64,000 nucleotides of DNA from Bythopirellula sp. (GCA_965216565.1 OZ244170.1:2528001-2592000); one strand, 5' to 3'; counted from the first letter of the stretch, positions 38,179 to 48,643 are shown. Translations and numbers: made by a program. The notes: generated by a model not told the origin, from the letters alone.

Positions 38179-41100
38179 CTAGGCGTTGGGATCGCTGCTG
38201 CCGCTTACCGTGTCTTCAGGAAGCGTTTCGAAATTCCCGGGCACAGAAACATCTTCATCGTCTGATTCCCACTCGTCACCACGGATGTTCTGAAAGATTA
38301 GGGCCAAAAGCTTCATGCACCACACCACCGAGAATGTCGCGGAAATCAGTCCCCCAATCAACATCGGGCTGAAGAAACTCTTCGCAGAAATCATCATATA
38401 GAAGGCAGCGATACCAGCCACGATGCAGACGAGAAATTTGCTGACGGCGCTTTCCTTGTATCGACGCTTGCTATGTTTGGCAATTGCGCGGCGGGCACTG
38501 CTGTTGGCTAGTTCTCGCATTGCGCGGATGTCCGTCGGCAATGGTGGCTTCTTTGAGGAGACTTTCAGCGACTCGAGATCCAGTGGTGCCAAATCTTCCT
38601 GCTGTTCAACCTCCTGGGTCGCGACTTCGTCTTTCGCCAAAGAGACTGGCTCGACAAAGCTCGTGGGCTGCTGCAAACTGGGCGACGAGTCGCCGCGTAC
38701 GCGACTCATCATGCTTTGCATATAGGCTTCCAGAGCTTCGTCCTCAGAGCTCTCTGGTAAGGCGTCGTTCGACAGGTTGTCCGCAGTTGCCGCCGGGGTG
38801 TTGGCGATAGAGGACGTCTGATGTTGCAAGTCGTCGGAGGACTCTTCCGAAATCATGCCGCCGAATTGGTCAATAAACGAAGGCGGCTGAAACTCTTCAA
38901 CTGGCTCCTCTGGCTCTTGCTCCGACGTCGCCGATTGCTCATCGTCCTTCCAGACAGACATCTCTCGAAGCCGGTCGAGTGCCTCAGTGGGATCGCCTTC
39001 TGTAGAATCGTTTTCAGATAGTTCAGCAGAGTCGGTGCTTACGGTACTTTCTTGAGGCTCCTCCTGGGGCAACTCCTGGGACAACGCCTCTGGGCCATCG
39101 CTCTCTACTGAATCCTTTGCCTCGGCAGGCGGAGCGGCTTGTACGGGAGAATCTGAAACTAACACCTCGGTAGGTGCCTGTTGGCTGCTATGCTGTTGTA
39201 GCAGTTGCTGTTCAGCCACGCGGAGACAATCCTGAGCGGCTGCTAGATCACGCTGAGCAGACTCGAATCGAGCTGTGATGTCGGCAAGTTGCGACTCTGT
39301 GGATTCTCGTTCGGCTTGCGAAGCTTCCAGCTCTTCGGCAAGTTGTTCAAGCCTTCCCTGTTGCGAATCTAGCTCTGTTTGCAATTCTTGCTTAGCAAGC
39401 TCCAGTGATTCGACGACTTGCGAATCGTTTGCAGGATCTTCCGAAGAGTTCTCAAGCTGCACCCGCAGTTCGGCTAGCTCCTGTTCCGCTTGCTCAAGCT
39501 GCTGGGCCAGCTTGTCGCGCTGCTCGGCAGTCTCTGCAATCGTGCTCTCAATGTTATTTACACCATTGAGTTTCAATTCAAGTTGATCGCGCAATTCAGA
39601 CAAAGCCTGCTCAGTCTCCAGGTCCTTCGCATGCAGCTTGGCGATCTTTTCGTTGGCTTGATTCAGCTCACTCTGTGAACTGCGGAGATCTACCTCCAAC
39701 AGTTCAATTCGCTCCTTACGCTTAGCGGAGATTTGAGACTCTTCGTTCCATCGCTCTGTTTCTGAGTCGAATTCTTGCTCCAGATCCCGAAGCTTCTGCT
39801 GCCACTCGTCGAGCTCGTCGGAAAGCTGGCTCTTCGTAGTTTCGTATTGACTCGCATCCTGTTCGAGTGTGGCTTGGGAATTCCGAGACTTCTCAAGCTC
39901 GGCAGTCAGATCAGCGATTTGACTCTTCTGCTGAGCAATCGAGTCCTCCAGCTCTTGGCGGCACTGCTGATCCAGACTTGCGGCACTGTTGAGAGATTCG
40001 AAGCGTTCCCCAAGTTCAGCGGACTCTGCCATCAACCTATCAGCGAGTTGCTCGTGCTCTGCAGCCAACTCTTCGGCTTTAGACTTCTCCTCGAGAACCG
40101 ATTTCAATTTGTTCTGTAGCGATTGAATCTGCTTGTCCCGATCGGTCAGCGATTCCTCAAGTTCAACCACCTGACGGCTACGATTTGACCCCTCGGCGAG
40201 GTATTGCTCCCGTTCGCTGGTGAGCTCTTTGACCTTCTCTTCCAGTTCCTGATTCGCTTCAACTTGTAAGAAAGCACTCTCTTCAAATTCTTGAAGCGTC
40301 TCGCAGAGGCTCTCATGTTCTGATTGAAACTTTTCAACCGTTTTATCGCGCTCAGCCAATTGCTTCTCTAGCGACTCCAGCCGTTCGATGACTTCTGCTT
40401 TAGCGGACTCAAGCTCATGGTGTTGGCTTTCATGGCCGGCGAGGTCTGCTCGTAGCGCCTCGATGGTTGCGAGATTTTCCTGAGACTGTTCCCTTGCAGC
40501 CTGCTCGCTCGACTTTGCTTCCTCAAGCTGCTGCTCAAGTTCTGCCAAGTTGTTCGCAGCAGCTTGCTTTGCGGCTTCGAGTTCTTCGTCTTTGGAACCT
40601 TGCCCGGCAAGCTCCTCGCGGAGATTTTCAATCGTTGCCAGCTGGCTCTCTGAATCGGCACGAGCCAACTCCTCATTTTCCAATGCTTGGTGGAGTTGCT
40701 CTTGCAATTGAGCGATATGACTTGCTTTGCCGGCAAACTCCTGCTCCAAAATCTCTTTCTGCTGCAATTCAGCCCGCAAAGAATCGATGGTGGCCACGCT
40801 TTCAGCAAGTTTTTCCTGCGCGGACTTCTCGGCGAAAGCTGCCTTGGATAGGTGTTCCTGCAGCTGTTCCAACTCGGCCTTGCTGTCGGCAAGTTGTTGT
40901 TCCAGGTGTTCTTGTCTCTGCAAAGCCTCATCTTGGAACTGAGATAGGTGATCGCGCTGCTGTTCCTTGATCGACAGCTCTGAGTGGAGGTGCTCGATCG
41001 TGGTCACATATTTTGCATTCTGCTTTTCTGCTTCGCCAGCAGTTAGCTCGTAGGACTGTAGTTGGTCTTGTAGCGAACTGATGGTCTGCTCGCTCGCAGA

Positions 41101-42555
41101 GTACTCTTCCCGCAGGGAATCAATTTTCTCAACAAGATTGTTCCTTGCCTCCTGCAGCTCTTTCTTTTCGTCCTGCAGCGTCGTCAACTGGCTTTGCAAT
41201 GCATCAAGTGCCTGCTGCGATTCACCTTGTTGCGATTGCGACCGTGCCTCGGCGGCTGCCAACTCAGACTCAAGCGTCTCGATCGTTAATTGTCGCTCGC
41301 TAATATCTTGCTGCAGAGACTCCAGCTGCTCGCTGGAAGTTGCATGCCGCGATTGCAGTTCCGAATATTGCTTTTGCGAGACAGACAATTCACTTTCTAG
41401 GCTCGCAATTCTCGATACCGATTCGGCTGAGTCTTGTTTTAGTTCTTGGAGCTCACTGGTTGCTTTTGCGAGATCTTCGCGAAGTCCTGCGATCCTGCTT
41501 TCAGCTTCGGCCAGGCTCGATTCAAGTGCCTGATTTTTAGTGAGGTGAGCTTGATGTTGCTGCTCAAGTTCCTGGCGTTCTTGAGAGAGCGCGAAGTACT
41601 CGCTCTGCAGCGACTGCTTGGATTCCTCTGCATCCGAGAGGGCCGATTCCGCAGCGTTGGCTTTTTCGAAGGAACACGTCACTTCGCCGATCAGACGATC
41701 GATGGTACTTGCCGATTCTTGTCGTTCTGCTTCACTCGCGTCTTTCAACTCACGCAGTTGTGTCGCGAGCGAATGCTTCTCCTCGTGGGCTGAATACAAT
41801 TGCGATTGAATCGATTCAATTTGCTGTGTGTAGTTATCCGAGTCGTGGCGGAGCGTGCGCAGTGACTCAATCAAACCCCGGCAGCGAGTACGGGCATTGA
41901 GGTTTGCCGTCCACAGCCGCTGCAGCTTTCTCTCTGTTCGTTCTTTCCCTTGATCCTTTGATTTAGGCCGAGTGGTCTTCACTATCGGAGTTGGTCGCGG
42001 ATCTTTAGCGATAGGACGAGGCACAACGGGAGAGACTGGCGCCGTGCTGGAGTCGAACGCTGGAGTGCTCGTCTCGTCGGTCGAACTAGCCAGTACCGTG
42101 GGTGCAACTGACGCAGAATCCTTCGAATCGGCGGGCGTTGGGGTTGAGGTGACCGAAGACGGCTCCAGGGTGGGTGCTTCGAAACAGAGCTCCACGGGAC
42201 CGAAAGTAAGGGTATCCCCAGGTTTGGCAGTTGCTTTGGAAAAATCCTCGCCATTGAGCAGCGCACCGGGAGCCCAACGCGTGACTTCAAGTTGTTTGCC
42301 GTCGTTGACAATCAAGCAGTGCAAAGGGCGAATACCCTCTGCCTCGAGATAGATTTGGCACTGTGGACTCGATCCGATCGTGAATCTTCCCGGAGAGAGT
42401 TCCCAACTCTTGCGCGGTTCGCCCTGTTGGACAAGCTGCCAGTTTCCTAGGGAATCGGCGCTAGCGCAAACTCCAGCGTTTGAGTCGGCCGTGTTACTAA
42501 AACTAAGCGTTGACATGATATTCAGTGTTCGATTCAAGGGAGATTGTTTGGCCAT
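38179..42555 (-). CDS. Giant FHA-like domain / coiled-coil protein with C-terminal TM pair
   Basis: N-terminal FTIGSSPQCQI..HCLI..LNG; long E/Q/L heptad-rich region; two hydrophobic helices near the C-terminus. Confidence 0.85.
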   Translation of the reverse strand: MAKQSPLNRTLNIMSTLSFSNTADSNAGVCASADSLGNWQLVQQGEPRKSWELSPGRFTIGSSPQCQIYLEAEGIRPLHCLIVNDGKQLEVTRWAPGALLNGEDFSKATAKPGDTLTFGPVELCFEAPTLEPSSVTSTPTPADSKDSASVAPTVLASSTDETSTPAFDSSTAPVSPVVPRPIAKDPRPTPIVKTTRPKSKDQGKERTERKLQRLWTANLNARTRCRGLIESLRTLRHDSDNYTQQIESIQSQLYSAHEEKHSLATQLRELKDASEAERQESASTIDRLIGEVTCSFEKANAAESALSDAEESKQSLQSEYFALSQERQELEQQHQAHLTKNQALESSLAEAESRIAGLREDLAKATSELQELKQDSAESVSRIASLESELSVSQKQYSELQSRHATSSEQLESLQQDISERQLTIETLESELAAAEARSQSQQGESQQALDALQSQLTTLQDEKKELQEARNNLVEKIDSLREEYSASEQTISSLQDQLQSYELTAGEAEKQNAKYVTTIEHLHSELSIKEQQRDHLSQFQDEALQRQEHLEQQLADSKAELEQLQEHLSKAAFAEKSAQEKLAESVATIDSLRAELQQKEILEQEFAGKASHIAQLQEQLHQALENEELARADSESQLATIENLREELAGQGSKDEELEAAKQAAANNLAELEQQLEEAKSSEQAAREQSQENLATIEALRADLAGHESQHHELESAKAEVIERLESLEKQLAERDKTVEKFQSEHESLCETLQEFEESAFLQVEANQELEEKVKELTSEREQYLAEGSNRSRQVVELEESLTDRDKQIQSLQNKLKSVLEEKSKAEELAAEHEQLADRLMAESAELGERFESLNSAASLDQQCRQELEDSIAQQKSQIADLTAELEKSRNSQATLEQDASQYETTKSQLSDELDEWQQKLRDLEQEFDSETERWNEESQISAKRKERIELLEVDLRSSQSELNQANEKIAKLHAKDLETEQALSELRDQLELKLNGVNNIESTIAETAEQRDKLAQQLEQAEQELAELRVQLENSSEDPANDSQVVESLELAKQELQTELDSQQGRLEQLAEELEASQAERESTESQLADITARFESAQRDLAAAQDCLRVAEQQLLQQHSSQQAPTEVLVSDSPVQAAPPAEAKDSVESDGPEALSQELPQEEPQESTVSTDSAELSENDSTEGDPTEALDRLREMSVWKDDEQSATSEQEPEEPVEEFQPPSFIDQFGGMISEESSDDLQHQTSSIANTPAATADNLSNDALPESSEDEALEAYMQSMMSRVRGDSSPSLQQPTSFVEPVSLAKDEVATQEVEQQEDLAPLDLESLKVSSKKPPLPTDIRAMRELANSSARRAIAKHSKRRYKESAVSKFLVCIVAGIAAFYMMISAKSFFSPMLIGGLISATFSVVWCMKLLALIFQNIRGDEWESDDEDVSVPGNFETLPEDTVSGSSDPNA

Positions 42556-43234
42556 TCTGCGTACGGCGCAGCCTGGGCGCGATCTTTTCCCGCAAGAAAA
42601 TGTAGGTTATAGAAACCGCCTGTTGGCGAAGGCCCCTCAGTCGAGGCAGACTGATCCGCAATATGCGATCAACTGGAAACTCATGCATCGCCTGAAACCC
42701 AGCAAGCGTTCCGGCTGTAGTGATTGTTTCGGTTGCAACTGAAACAGTCATTCCCACGTCTTTCAGCAGCCGATGATCGACGAGGGGTGATAGGCTAAGC
42801 GGCCCTTCGCTCTTGGGTTCAACGGGCCCTAGGTAACGCCGGGATTGTCCAACAGAAACTGCTAGTGAAAAAAGTCACAATCTTTCGCCGAACACGCCAG
42901 CGGTACGCGGAAGTGATTGCAAAATAAGGATTTAGTGAAAAACCGGCGGCCCACCCGAGGCAAAAGGGCCGACATTTAGCAAGTTGAGACCTTTTTGGCC
43001 TAACTTGCGTACTATAGTTACGGTGCAACCCCTAGATCGGCCTCACAAGGAGCCGAAGGGGAATTATTGGAACAGACTGTATATGACCCGAGTGAAACGC
43101 GATCGGATCGCTTTGCCGGGTGGCAATTAAATTGAGGCAATCGCGACGACCCGAGAGAACACCCCCTACAAGAATTCAAGGTTATTAGATTTCAAGGAAC
43201 GTGGTGTCGCGATTCAACTGAGAAGAGTGGAATT

Positions 43235-43678
43235 ATGGCTCGTAAAGATTCAATCATGAAGCTGCACGCGCTGCTAGTTAATCGTCGCGATGCGCTTCGA
43301 AAGGCTCTGGCTGGCGACTTGAGCTTGCTCAAGGCACTCCCCGATCAAATAGGTGGCGACGTCGTCGATGCTGCGTTGGATGCAGCCCAGGACGAAATCA
43401 GTTCCAAGCTAGCAGAAGTCGAAAGTCGAGAGCTGGCCCAAATCGAAGGTGCGATTGAACGCGTCCGCGAAGGCACCTACGGTCAATGCCAAGTCTGCAA
43501 CGGCAAGATTCCGCTGGCCCGCTTGAACGCTCTGCCCTATGCCATGACTTGCATCGAATGCCAGCGTGCCGCGGAAACCGGTGAAGGCGGTCCCGCCACA
43601 GGAGCCGATTGGAGCCGCGTTATGGATACCAGTTTAGGCGATAGTGAAGTAAGAATAAGCGACATGGAAACCAGCTGA
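43235..43678 (+). CDS. TraR/DksA family C4 zinc-finger protein
   Basis: GDVVDAA, YGQCQVCNGKIPLARLNALPYAMTCIECQ. Confidence 0.92.
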   Translation: MARKDSIMKLHALLVNRRDALRKALAGDLSLLKALPDQIGGDVVDAALDAAQDEISSKLAEVESRELAQIEGAIERVREGTYGQCQVCNGKIPLARLNALPYAMTCIECQRAAETGEGGPATGADWSRVMDTSLGDSEVRISDMETS

Positions 43679-43821
43679 TCTAGGGCTGTTTGCAAAAGAA
43701 CTTACTTCCAACAGATTGGCAGTGTTATAATCAATGCTCTGCTCCTTGCGTGGCTTTTTTGATAGGCCACGTTAGGGGCATGAGCCTTTTTTCTTGATAC
43801 ACATTGTCTGAGGAGTCCGCA

Positions 43822-44988
43822 ATGTTGCCGCGTCCTGCAGTTCGGCTGAGCCCTTTCGTTCGACAAAGCAGCCTCCTCACTCTTGGCGCCGTGTTCGGCT
43901 TGGTCGTACTCGCCAGCAGTTCTGCAAGCGCTCAACGTTTTGCGCTGACTTCCGAGACTCAGGTAGACCGCGAACAACTATTTGCCGACTTGGCTCGCGA
44001 TGTCGAACAGCTAGATCGCGAATTGGGAATCTACAAACGAGTTGCAAAACTTGTTTCGCCATCGGTCGTTCATGTCGAGTCAACACCCCTACCCGAATAT
44101 CGCTTTCGCCGCGATGTGGAAGAAGCCGGTTCGGGAGTGCTCGTGCGATATGACGGACAAGACTATGTGCTAACCAATCGGCACGTGATTAAGCATTCGC
44201 GCGAAGATCTGATTCGGCTGGAGGTGCATGACGGTCGTCAGTTGAACCCCACTCAAATTTGGAGCGACACCGAAACGGATGTCGCGGTACTCAAAGTCAC
44301 CGCCAGTGGTTTGATACCGGCCAAGATTGGGAATAGTCGCTCGACCGAGATCGGCGAAATCGTCATGGCCTTCGGCAGCCCATTCAATCTTCGCCAGAGT
44401 GTGACCCGCGGAATCATCAGTGCCAAGGGAAGATCGAATTTGGATTTGGGCGAGGGCGAAGTCGACTATCAAAACTTCATCCAAACCGACGCCGCGATTA
44501 ATCCCGGCAATAGTGGAGGCCCACTCGTGAACCTCCGCGGCGAGGTCATTGGCCTGAACACAGCGATCGCCAGTAGCTCGGGAGGCAACGAAGGGATCGG
44601 TTTTTCAATTCCCATCAACGTTGCCGTGCGAATTATGCGTGAACTCATCGAAACGGGTGGCGTGGAACGAGGGTTCTTAGGCGTGAAGCTCGACGCACGC
44701 TTCGATGGTGCGTCGGCACGCTACTTGGGATTGCCACGACTGATGGGAACTCGAGTGACCGAGGTCACAGCACGTTCGCCCGCAGCCGAAGCAACTCTCA
44801 AAGAGGACGACGTGATCCTCCGTTTTGACGGGCTCAAGGTCGAAAACATGCAGCACCTGATCAATCTTGTGAAACGCACCGAAATTAATAGCAAGGTGCA
44901 GCTCATGGTCTTCCGCGATCGGCAGGTGCAGAAGTTTCAGGTCCATATTGGACGCCGAGAAGATTACCTAGATGCCTCGGTGGAGTAG
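43822..44988 (+). CDS. HtrA/DegP-like serine protease with one PDZ domain
   Basis: GSGV, LTNRHV, DVAVLK, QTDAAINPGNSGGPL, GFLGV. Confidence 0.95.
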   Translation: MLPRPAVRLSPFVRQSSLLTLGAVFGLVVLASSSASAQRFALTSETQVDREQLFADLARDVEQLDRELGIYKRVAKLVSPSVVHVESTPLPEYRFRRDVEEAGSGVLVRYDGQDYVLTNRHVIKHSREDLIRLEVHDGRQLNPTQIWSDTETDVAVLKVTASGLIPAKIGNSRSTEIGEIVMAFGSPFNLRQSVTRGIISAKGRSNLDLGEGEVDYQNFIQTDAAINPGNSGGPLVNLRGEVIGLNTAIASSSGGNEGIGFSIPINVAVRIMRELIETGGVERGFLGVKLDARFDGASARYLGLPRLMGTRVTEVTARSPAAEATLKEDDVILRFDGLKVENMQHLINLVKRTEINSKVQLMVFRDRQVQKFQVHIGRREDYLDASVE

Positions 44989-45028
44989 AATACTCTGATC
45001 TGCTTAGGGCGAGCAACACTCTCTAAAC

Positions 45029-45089
45029 GTAGCTGGATTCCCAAGAATTCAGAAATTCTCATTGGCTGAATTCTTGCGAATCCAGCTAC
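45029..45089. repeat. GTAG-type REP doublet, copy 3
   Basis: Same arms, 13-nt spacer, between convergent genes. Confidence 0.9.
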
Positions 45090-45100
45090 GGTCCTCGGTC

Positions 45101-46030
45101 CTACGGTGCCTGCTGGAAACTTCGCGTCATGCAATCGAAGGCGCCCGCCACGTCGAGTTCTACAGCGACGTCGATATTGGGCTGTTCGATACTATTGCGG
45201 CGGCGGTCGAACACCGTAGCTGCGTGGGTAAGATCTCCCGCTACTTCGACATCGCCAAAGAGACGCTCGGTGGTAATGAGTTCGGGGTGCAGAGCTACCG
45301 CCACTGCGATGGCCTCGGGTGCGAACATGCCTTCCAGACCCAGCACCTGTCGGTGCGCTCGGTAAGCGGCGGGCATGATCTTGTGCAAAACTCGGCCGGT
45401 ACGTGACGAATCGTCCGGGAGTTGGTTGAGATAGTCGAATTCCAGGATGGCCGTAGTGGTCACATCGATAGGGAGCAAAGTCTTGGTGATCGGGAGATCA
45501 AACACAAACTTCGCTGCATCAGCATTACAATAGAAATTGAATTCTGCGGCGGGGGTGATGTCGCCGGGGCCGAGGTAGGTCCCACCCACAATTATCAGGT
45601 GCCTGATCTGCAAGGCTAGATCGGGCTCCAGTTTGAAGAGCGTCGCCAAATTCGTCAGCGGTCCGCCGGCGATAATGGTGAGGTTGTTCGGGGCGTTGCG
45701 GATTTCGTCGGCGATTACCTTGGTCGAGGGATGCACATGATGCAGTTCGGCACCGCGGACGTCGGCACCACACAGGCCATCTTCGCCGCACAGATCTCGC
45801 CTGTCTGTGCGCAGCATTCGCTCGGGGTCGGCTGCCCCAATTCGCGGCCAGTGGGGTGGATCGAGTTGTTCGATCAGAGCCTGGGTGTTGCGAGTCGCCT
45901 GTTCCGCAGAGACGTTTCCGCCGGTTGCGGTGACTGCCACCACTTCCAATTCAGGATTCCCTAACGCCAGGCAGAGTGCCAACGCGTCGGAGACGCCGGG
46001 ATCGATGTCCAATAAAATCTTGCGTGCCAT
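45101..46030 (-). CDS. Nucleoside hydrolase (IUNH family)
   Basis: LLDIDPGVSDALAL, GGNV, GPLTNLA, AEFNFYCN. Confidence 0.88.
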   Translation of the reverse strand: MARKILLDIDPGVSDALALCLALGNPELEVVAVTATGGNVSAEQATRNTQALIEQLDPPHWPRIGAADPERMLRTDRRDLCGEDGLCGADVRGAELHHVHPSTKVIADEIRNAPNNLTIIAGGPLTNLATLFKLEPDLALQIRHLIIVGGTYLGPGDITPAAEFNFYCNADAAKFVFDLPITKTLLPIDVTTTAILEFDYLNQLPDDSSRTGRVLHKIMPAAYRAHRQVLGLEGMFAPEAIAVAVALHPELITTERLFGDVEVAGDLTHAATVFDRRRNSIEQPNIDVAVELDVAGAFDCMTRSFQQAP

Positions 46031-46253
46031 AGGCTTCGTGCCGCTCGGGAAGAATGAGCTTCTATCAAGGGGGAGCTTCTATCAAAGGATCGTGATTCTA
46101 TGATTTCTGCGGAAGCGAAGCAAGCAGGAGAGAGTTTCTGTAGCGAACAAGAGAATGTCTCGTGAACAGGACTTCCAAGCAGCAAGAGTTGGCATAATTT
46201 GCTATGCTAACGGCAAGTTCGATTCCACATACTATTGGTAGATAACATTTCTG

Positions 46254-47276
46254 ATGAGCAGCGACTTTAATTCTTTGTTGGGGCGGATCTCGGCTGGGGA
46301 AGATCTCTCTAGTTTCGAGATGACCGACGCGATGAGCCAGGTGATGACCGGGGGTTGTAGCGAAAAGCAGATCGCCATGCTGCTGACTTCGCTCCGTGCC
46401 AAGGGCGAAACCGTGGAAGAGGTGGCCGGTGCCGCCGCGGCCATGCGGAAGCACATGACGCCGATTCGCAGCCGTCACGAGAAGTTGCTCGATACTTGTG
46501 GCACCGGCGGCGGGGGAAGTTCAACCTTTAACATCAGTACGACCGCAGCCCTGGTGATTGCGGCTTCAGGCGTCCCGCTGGCCAAGCATGGCAATCGTAG
46601 CGTCACCAGCAAGAGTGGTTCTGCCGACGTTCTCGCTGCTTTGGGAGTGAATATCGAAGCGAGTGTCCCGCAGGTGGAACGCTGTCTCGACGAATTGGGC
46701 ATTTGCTTCTGCTTTGCGCCACTCATGCATCCAGCCATGAAGCATGTGGCCGCAGTGCGCAAGCAACTTGGTGTGCGAACTATCTTCAACTTACTGGGGC
46801 CGCTGGCGAATCCGGCCGGGGCTAAGTACCAGCTACTAGGGGTAGGCATGCCCGAACTCAGGCCACTCATTGCATCGGCTCTCCGTCTCCTGGATGTCCA
46901 GCGGGCACTGGTCGTCAGTGGTCGCGATGGACTGGGCGAAGTGACACTGGCTGACGTGACGGACGTAACGCAAATCATCGGCAATCAAGAATCGGAATTT
47001 ACTTGGAGCCCACCTGATTTTAATCTGCAATTGACTGAGCTAGACACGATTCGCGTAGACGGCCCCGAGCAAAGTGCCAGCGTCGTGAAAAACGTGTTGG
47101 GCGGAGAGAAATCGGCCGCCCGCGATATCGTTCTGCTCAATGCCGCGGCGGGATTGCTTGCTGCTGATTGTCTGCAGGATCCGACGGAAGCCGCTGGCCT
47201 GGCTGCCGAAACGATTGATAGCGGCGCGGCTGCAAATCTGCTTGAGCGATTAGCTAAGCTCTCGCATGTCAAGTGA
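46254..47276 (+). CDS. trpD: Anthranilate phosphoribosyltransferase
   Basis: DTCGTGG, FNIST, KHGNRSVTSKSGSADVL, RTIFNLLGPLANP. Confidence 0.97.
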   Translation: MSSDFNSLLGRISAGEDLSSFEMTDAMSQVMTGGCSEKQIAMLLTSLRAKGETVEEVAGAAAAMRKHMTPIRSRHEKLLDTCGTGGGGSSTFNISTTAALVIAASGVPLAKHGNRSVTSKSGSADVLAALGVNIEASVPQVERCLDELGICFCFAPLMHPAMKHVAAVRKQLGVRTIFNLLGPLANPAGAKYQLLGVGMPELRPLIASALRLLDVQRALVVSGRDGLGEVTLADVTDVTQIIGNQESEFTWSPPDFNLQLTELDTIRVDGPEQSASVVKNVLGGEKSAARDIVLLNAAAGLLAADCLQDPTEAAGLAAETIDSGAAANLLERLAKLSHVK

Positions 47277-47296
47277 AGTAAAGGGAACATCGGAAC

Positions 47297-48103
47297 GTGC
47301 CTCGAACTCCCGTTAGCCGCGATCTCACCGGCCAGATGGTCTTTCTCGGTACAGGCACCTCCGTCGGCGTGCCGGCCATTGGCTGCGTATGCGATGTTTG
47401 CACCAGCGACGATCCCCGCAACAACCGCACCCGCTGCTCGGTAATTCTCGGTCTGCCCGAGGGAAATTTGCTGATCGACACGCCCCCCGACCTACGGCAT
47501 CAACTGCTGCGGGAAAAAATCGGACTAGTCCACGCGGTCGCTTACACACATTCGCACGCCGACCATCTGTTCGGCCTCGACGACCTGCGGCTGATGCAAT
47601 TCTACCTAGGCGGTCCAGTCACCTTGTACTGCGAACCGACGGTCGAAGCACGAATTCGCAAGTCCTACGACTACGCCTTCGGCAACGCCGACATGCTGCA
47701 TGCCGGGGCAGTCCCCAAGCTGGAGATTCACGAGATCGGCCTAGAACCGTTCGAAGTGCTGGGGGCTAGAATTGTTCCCCTGCGGTTAAATCACGGCCCG
47801 CACTGCCAAGTACTAGGCTTCCGCATCGGCAACGTGGCGTATTGCACCGACACGAATGCCATTCCCGCCGCGAGTATGGAGCTGCTGCAAGACCTGGACG
47901 TGCTGGTGCTCGATTGTCTGCGGCACGATCCCCACGCGACGCACTTTGGTCTGGACGAAGCCTTGGAAGTCGCGGCGGAGCTGGCGCCAAAGCGGACGCT
48001 CTTTACACACATGTCGCACTCGCTCGACCATGCGGAGACGAGTGCGAAGCTTCCTGCGGGGATTGAGCTGGCTTACGACGGGCTGGTGCTGCCGTTGAGT
48101 TAG
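47297..48103 (+). CDS. MBL-fold metallohydrolase (PhnP-like)
   Basis: LGTGTSVGVP..C.C..C, THSHADH..GLDDLR, YCTD, FTHMSH, AYDGL. Confidence 0.92.
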   Translation: MPRTPVSRDLTGQMVFLGTGTSVGVPAIGCVCDVCTSDDPRNNRTRCSVILGLPEGNLLIDTPPDLRHQLLREKIGLVHAVAYTHSHADHLFGLDDLRLMQFYLGGPVTLYCEPTVEARIRKSYDYAFGNADMLHAGAVPKLEIHEIGLEPFEVLGARIVPLRLNHGPHCQVLGFRIGNVAYCTDTNAIPAASMELLQDLDVLVLDCLRHDPHATHFGLDEALEVAAELAPKRTLFTHMSHSLDHAETSAKLPAGIELAYDGLVLPLS

Positions 48104-48151
48104 CTGGTTCCATTTCAATCTTCGGTAGTCTGCGTGTCTTCATGCTTAGTC

Positions 48152-48535
48152 CTAAACTGCGGCATTGCCGGCTTCGTACTTGCTCGGCTTTCCGTGAATC
48201 CGAGCGTACAACATCAGATGGGCGAAGTTCGAGATTGCGAGCACCAGCAAAACGGCGCCGATCTTGGTGCTGAGTAGTTCCATCGCATCGATGCTCGTAG
48301 CGGCACGACCCCCAAGTTGAAGCGCCAGCAGGATCAGTCCGATGTGGAGCAAGTAGAAGCCAACCGAGAGGAGGTGGCTGATGGAGCTAGCCAGCTCTTC
48401 GTTGCCCTTGCATCCACGGGTGAGAAATATCTTGCCATTGACTCTCAGTCTTTGTGCCACCCAGATGGTGACGGGGATACTCACTGCCAGGTAAACGGCG
48501 TAAGCGGTAGGCATAATCGAGGCTGTGGTAAACAT
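48152..48535 (-). CDS. Three-TM membrane protein, paralog 1
   Basis: YLAVSIPVTIWV..NGKIFL..LSVGFYL..LSTKIG. Confidence 0.8.
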   Translation of the reverse strand: MFTTASIMPTAYAVYLAVSIPVTIWVAQRLRVNGKIFLTRGCKGNEELASSISHLLSVGFYLLHIGLILLALQLGGRAATSIDAMELLSTKIGAVLLVLAISNFAHLMLYARIHGKPSKYEAGNAAV

Positions 48536-48643
48536 TATTGTGCTCCTTTCAGGTGGTGGGTGCGGCTTGCAGGAGGAGGCGAAGCTTACCCCTTCAACCC
48601 TCCCCTAACCCCTCCCATTCAAGGGAGGGGGATTTGTTTTCAC

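Noticed and set aside
38179..42555. SMC / chromosome partition protein
   Set aside because: No Walker A/B, signature motif or hinge; has TM helices
42911..43007. AAGT..ACTT palindromes (also 16046 and 51850) as one regulator's sites
   Set aside because: Spacer lengths differ (15, 16, 18) and matches are weak
43121..43136. Sigma54-like TGGCAAT-TAAA-TTGA upstream of the dksA-like gene
   Set aside because: The -12 GC dinucleotide is missing
2563..45089. CRISPR array or integron attC sites from the palindromic repeats
   Set aside because: Copies are dispersed, not arrayed; no cas or integrase genes; no attC core sites identified
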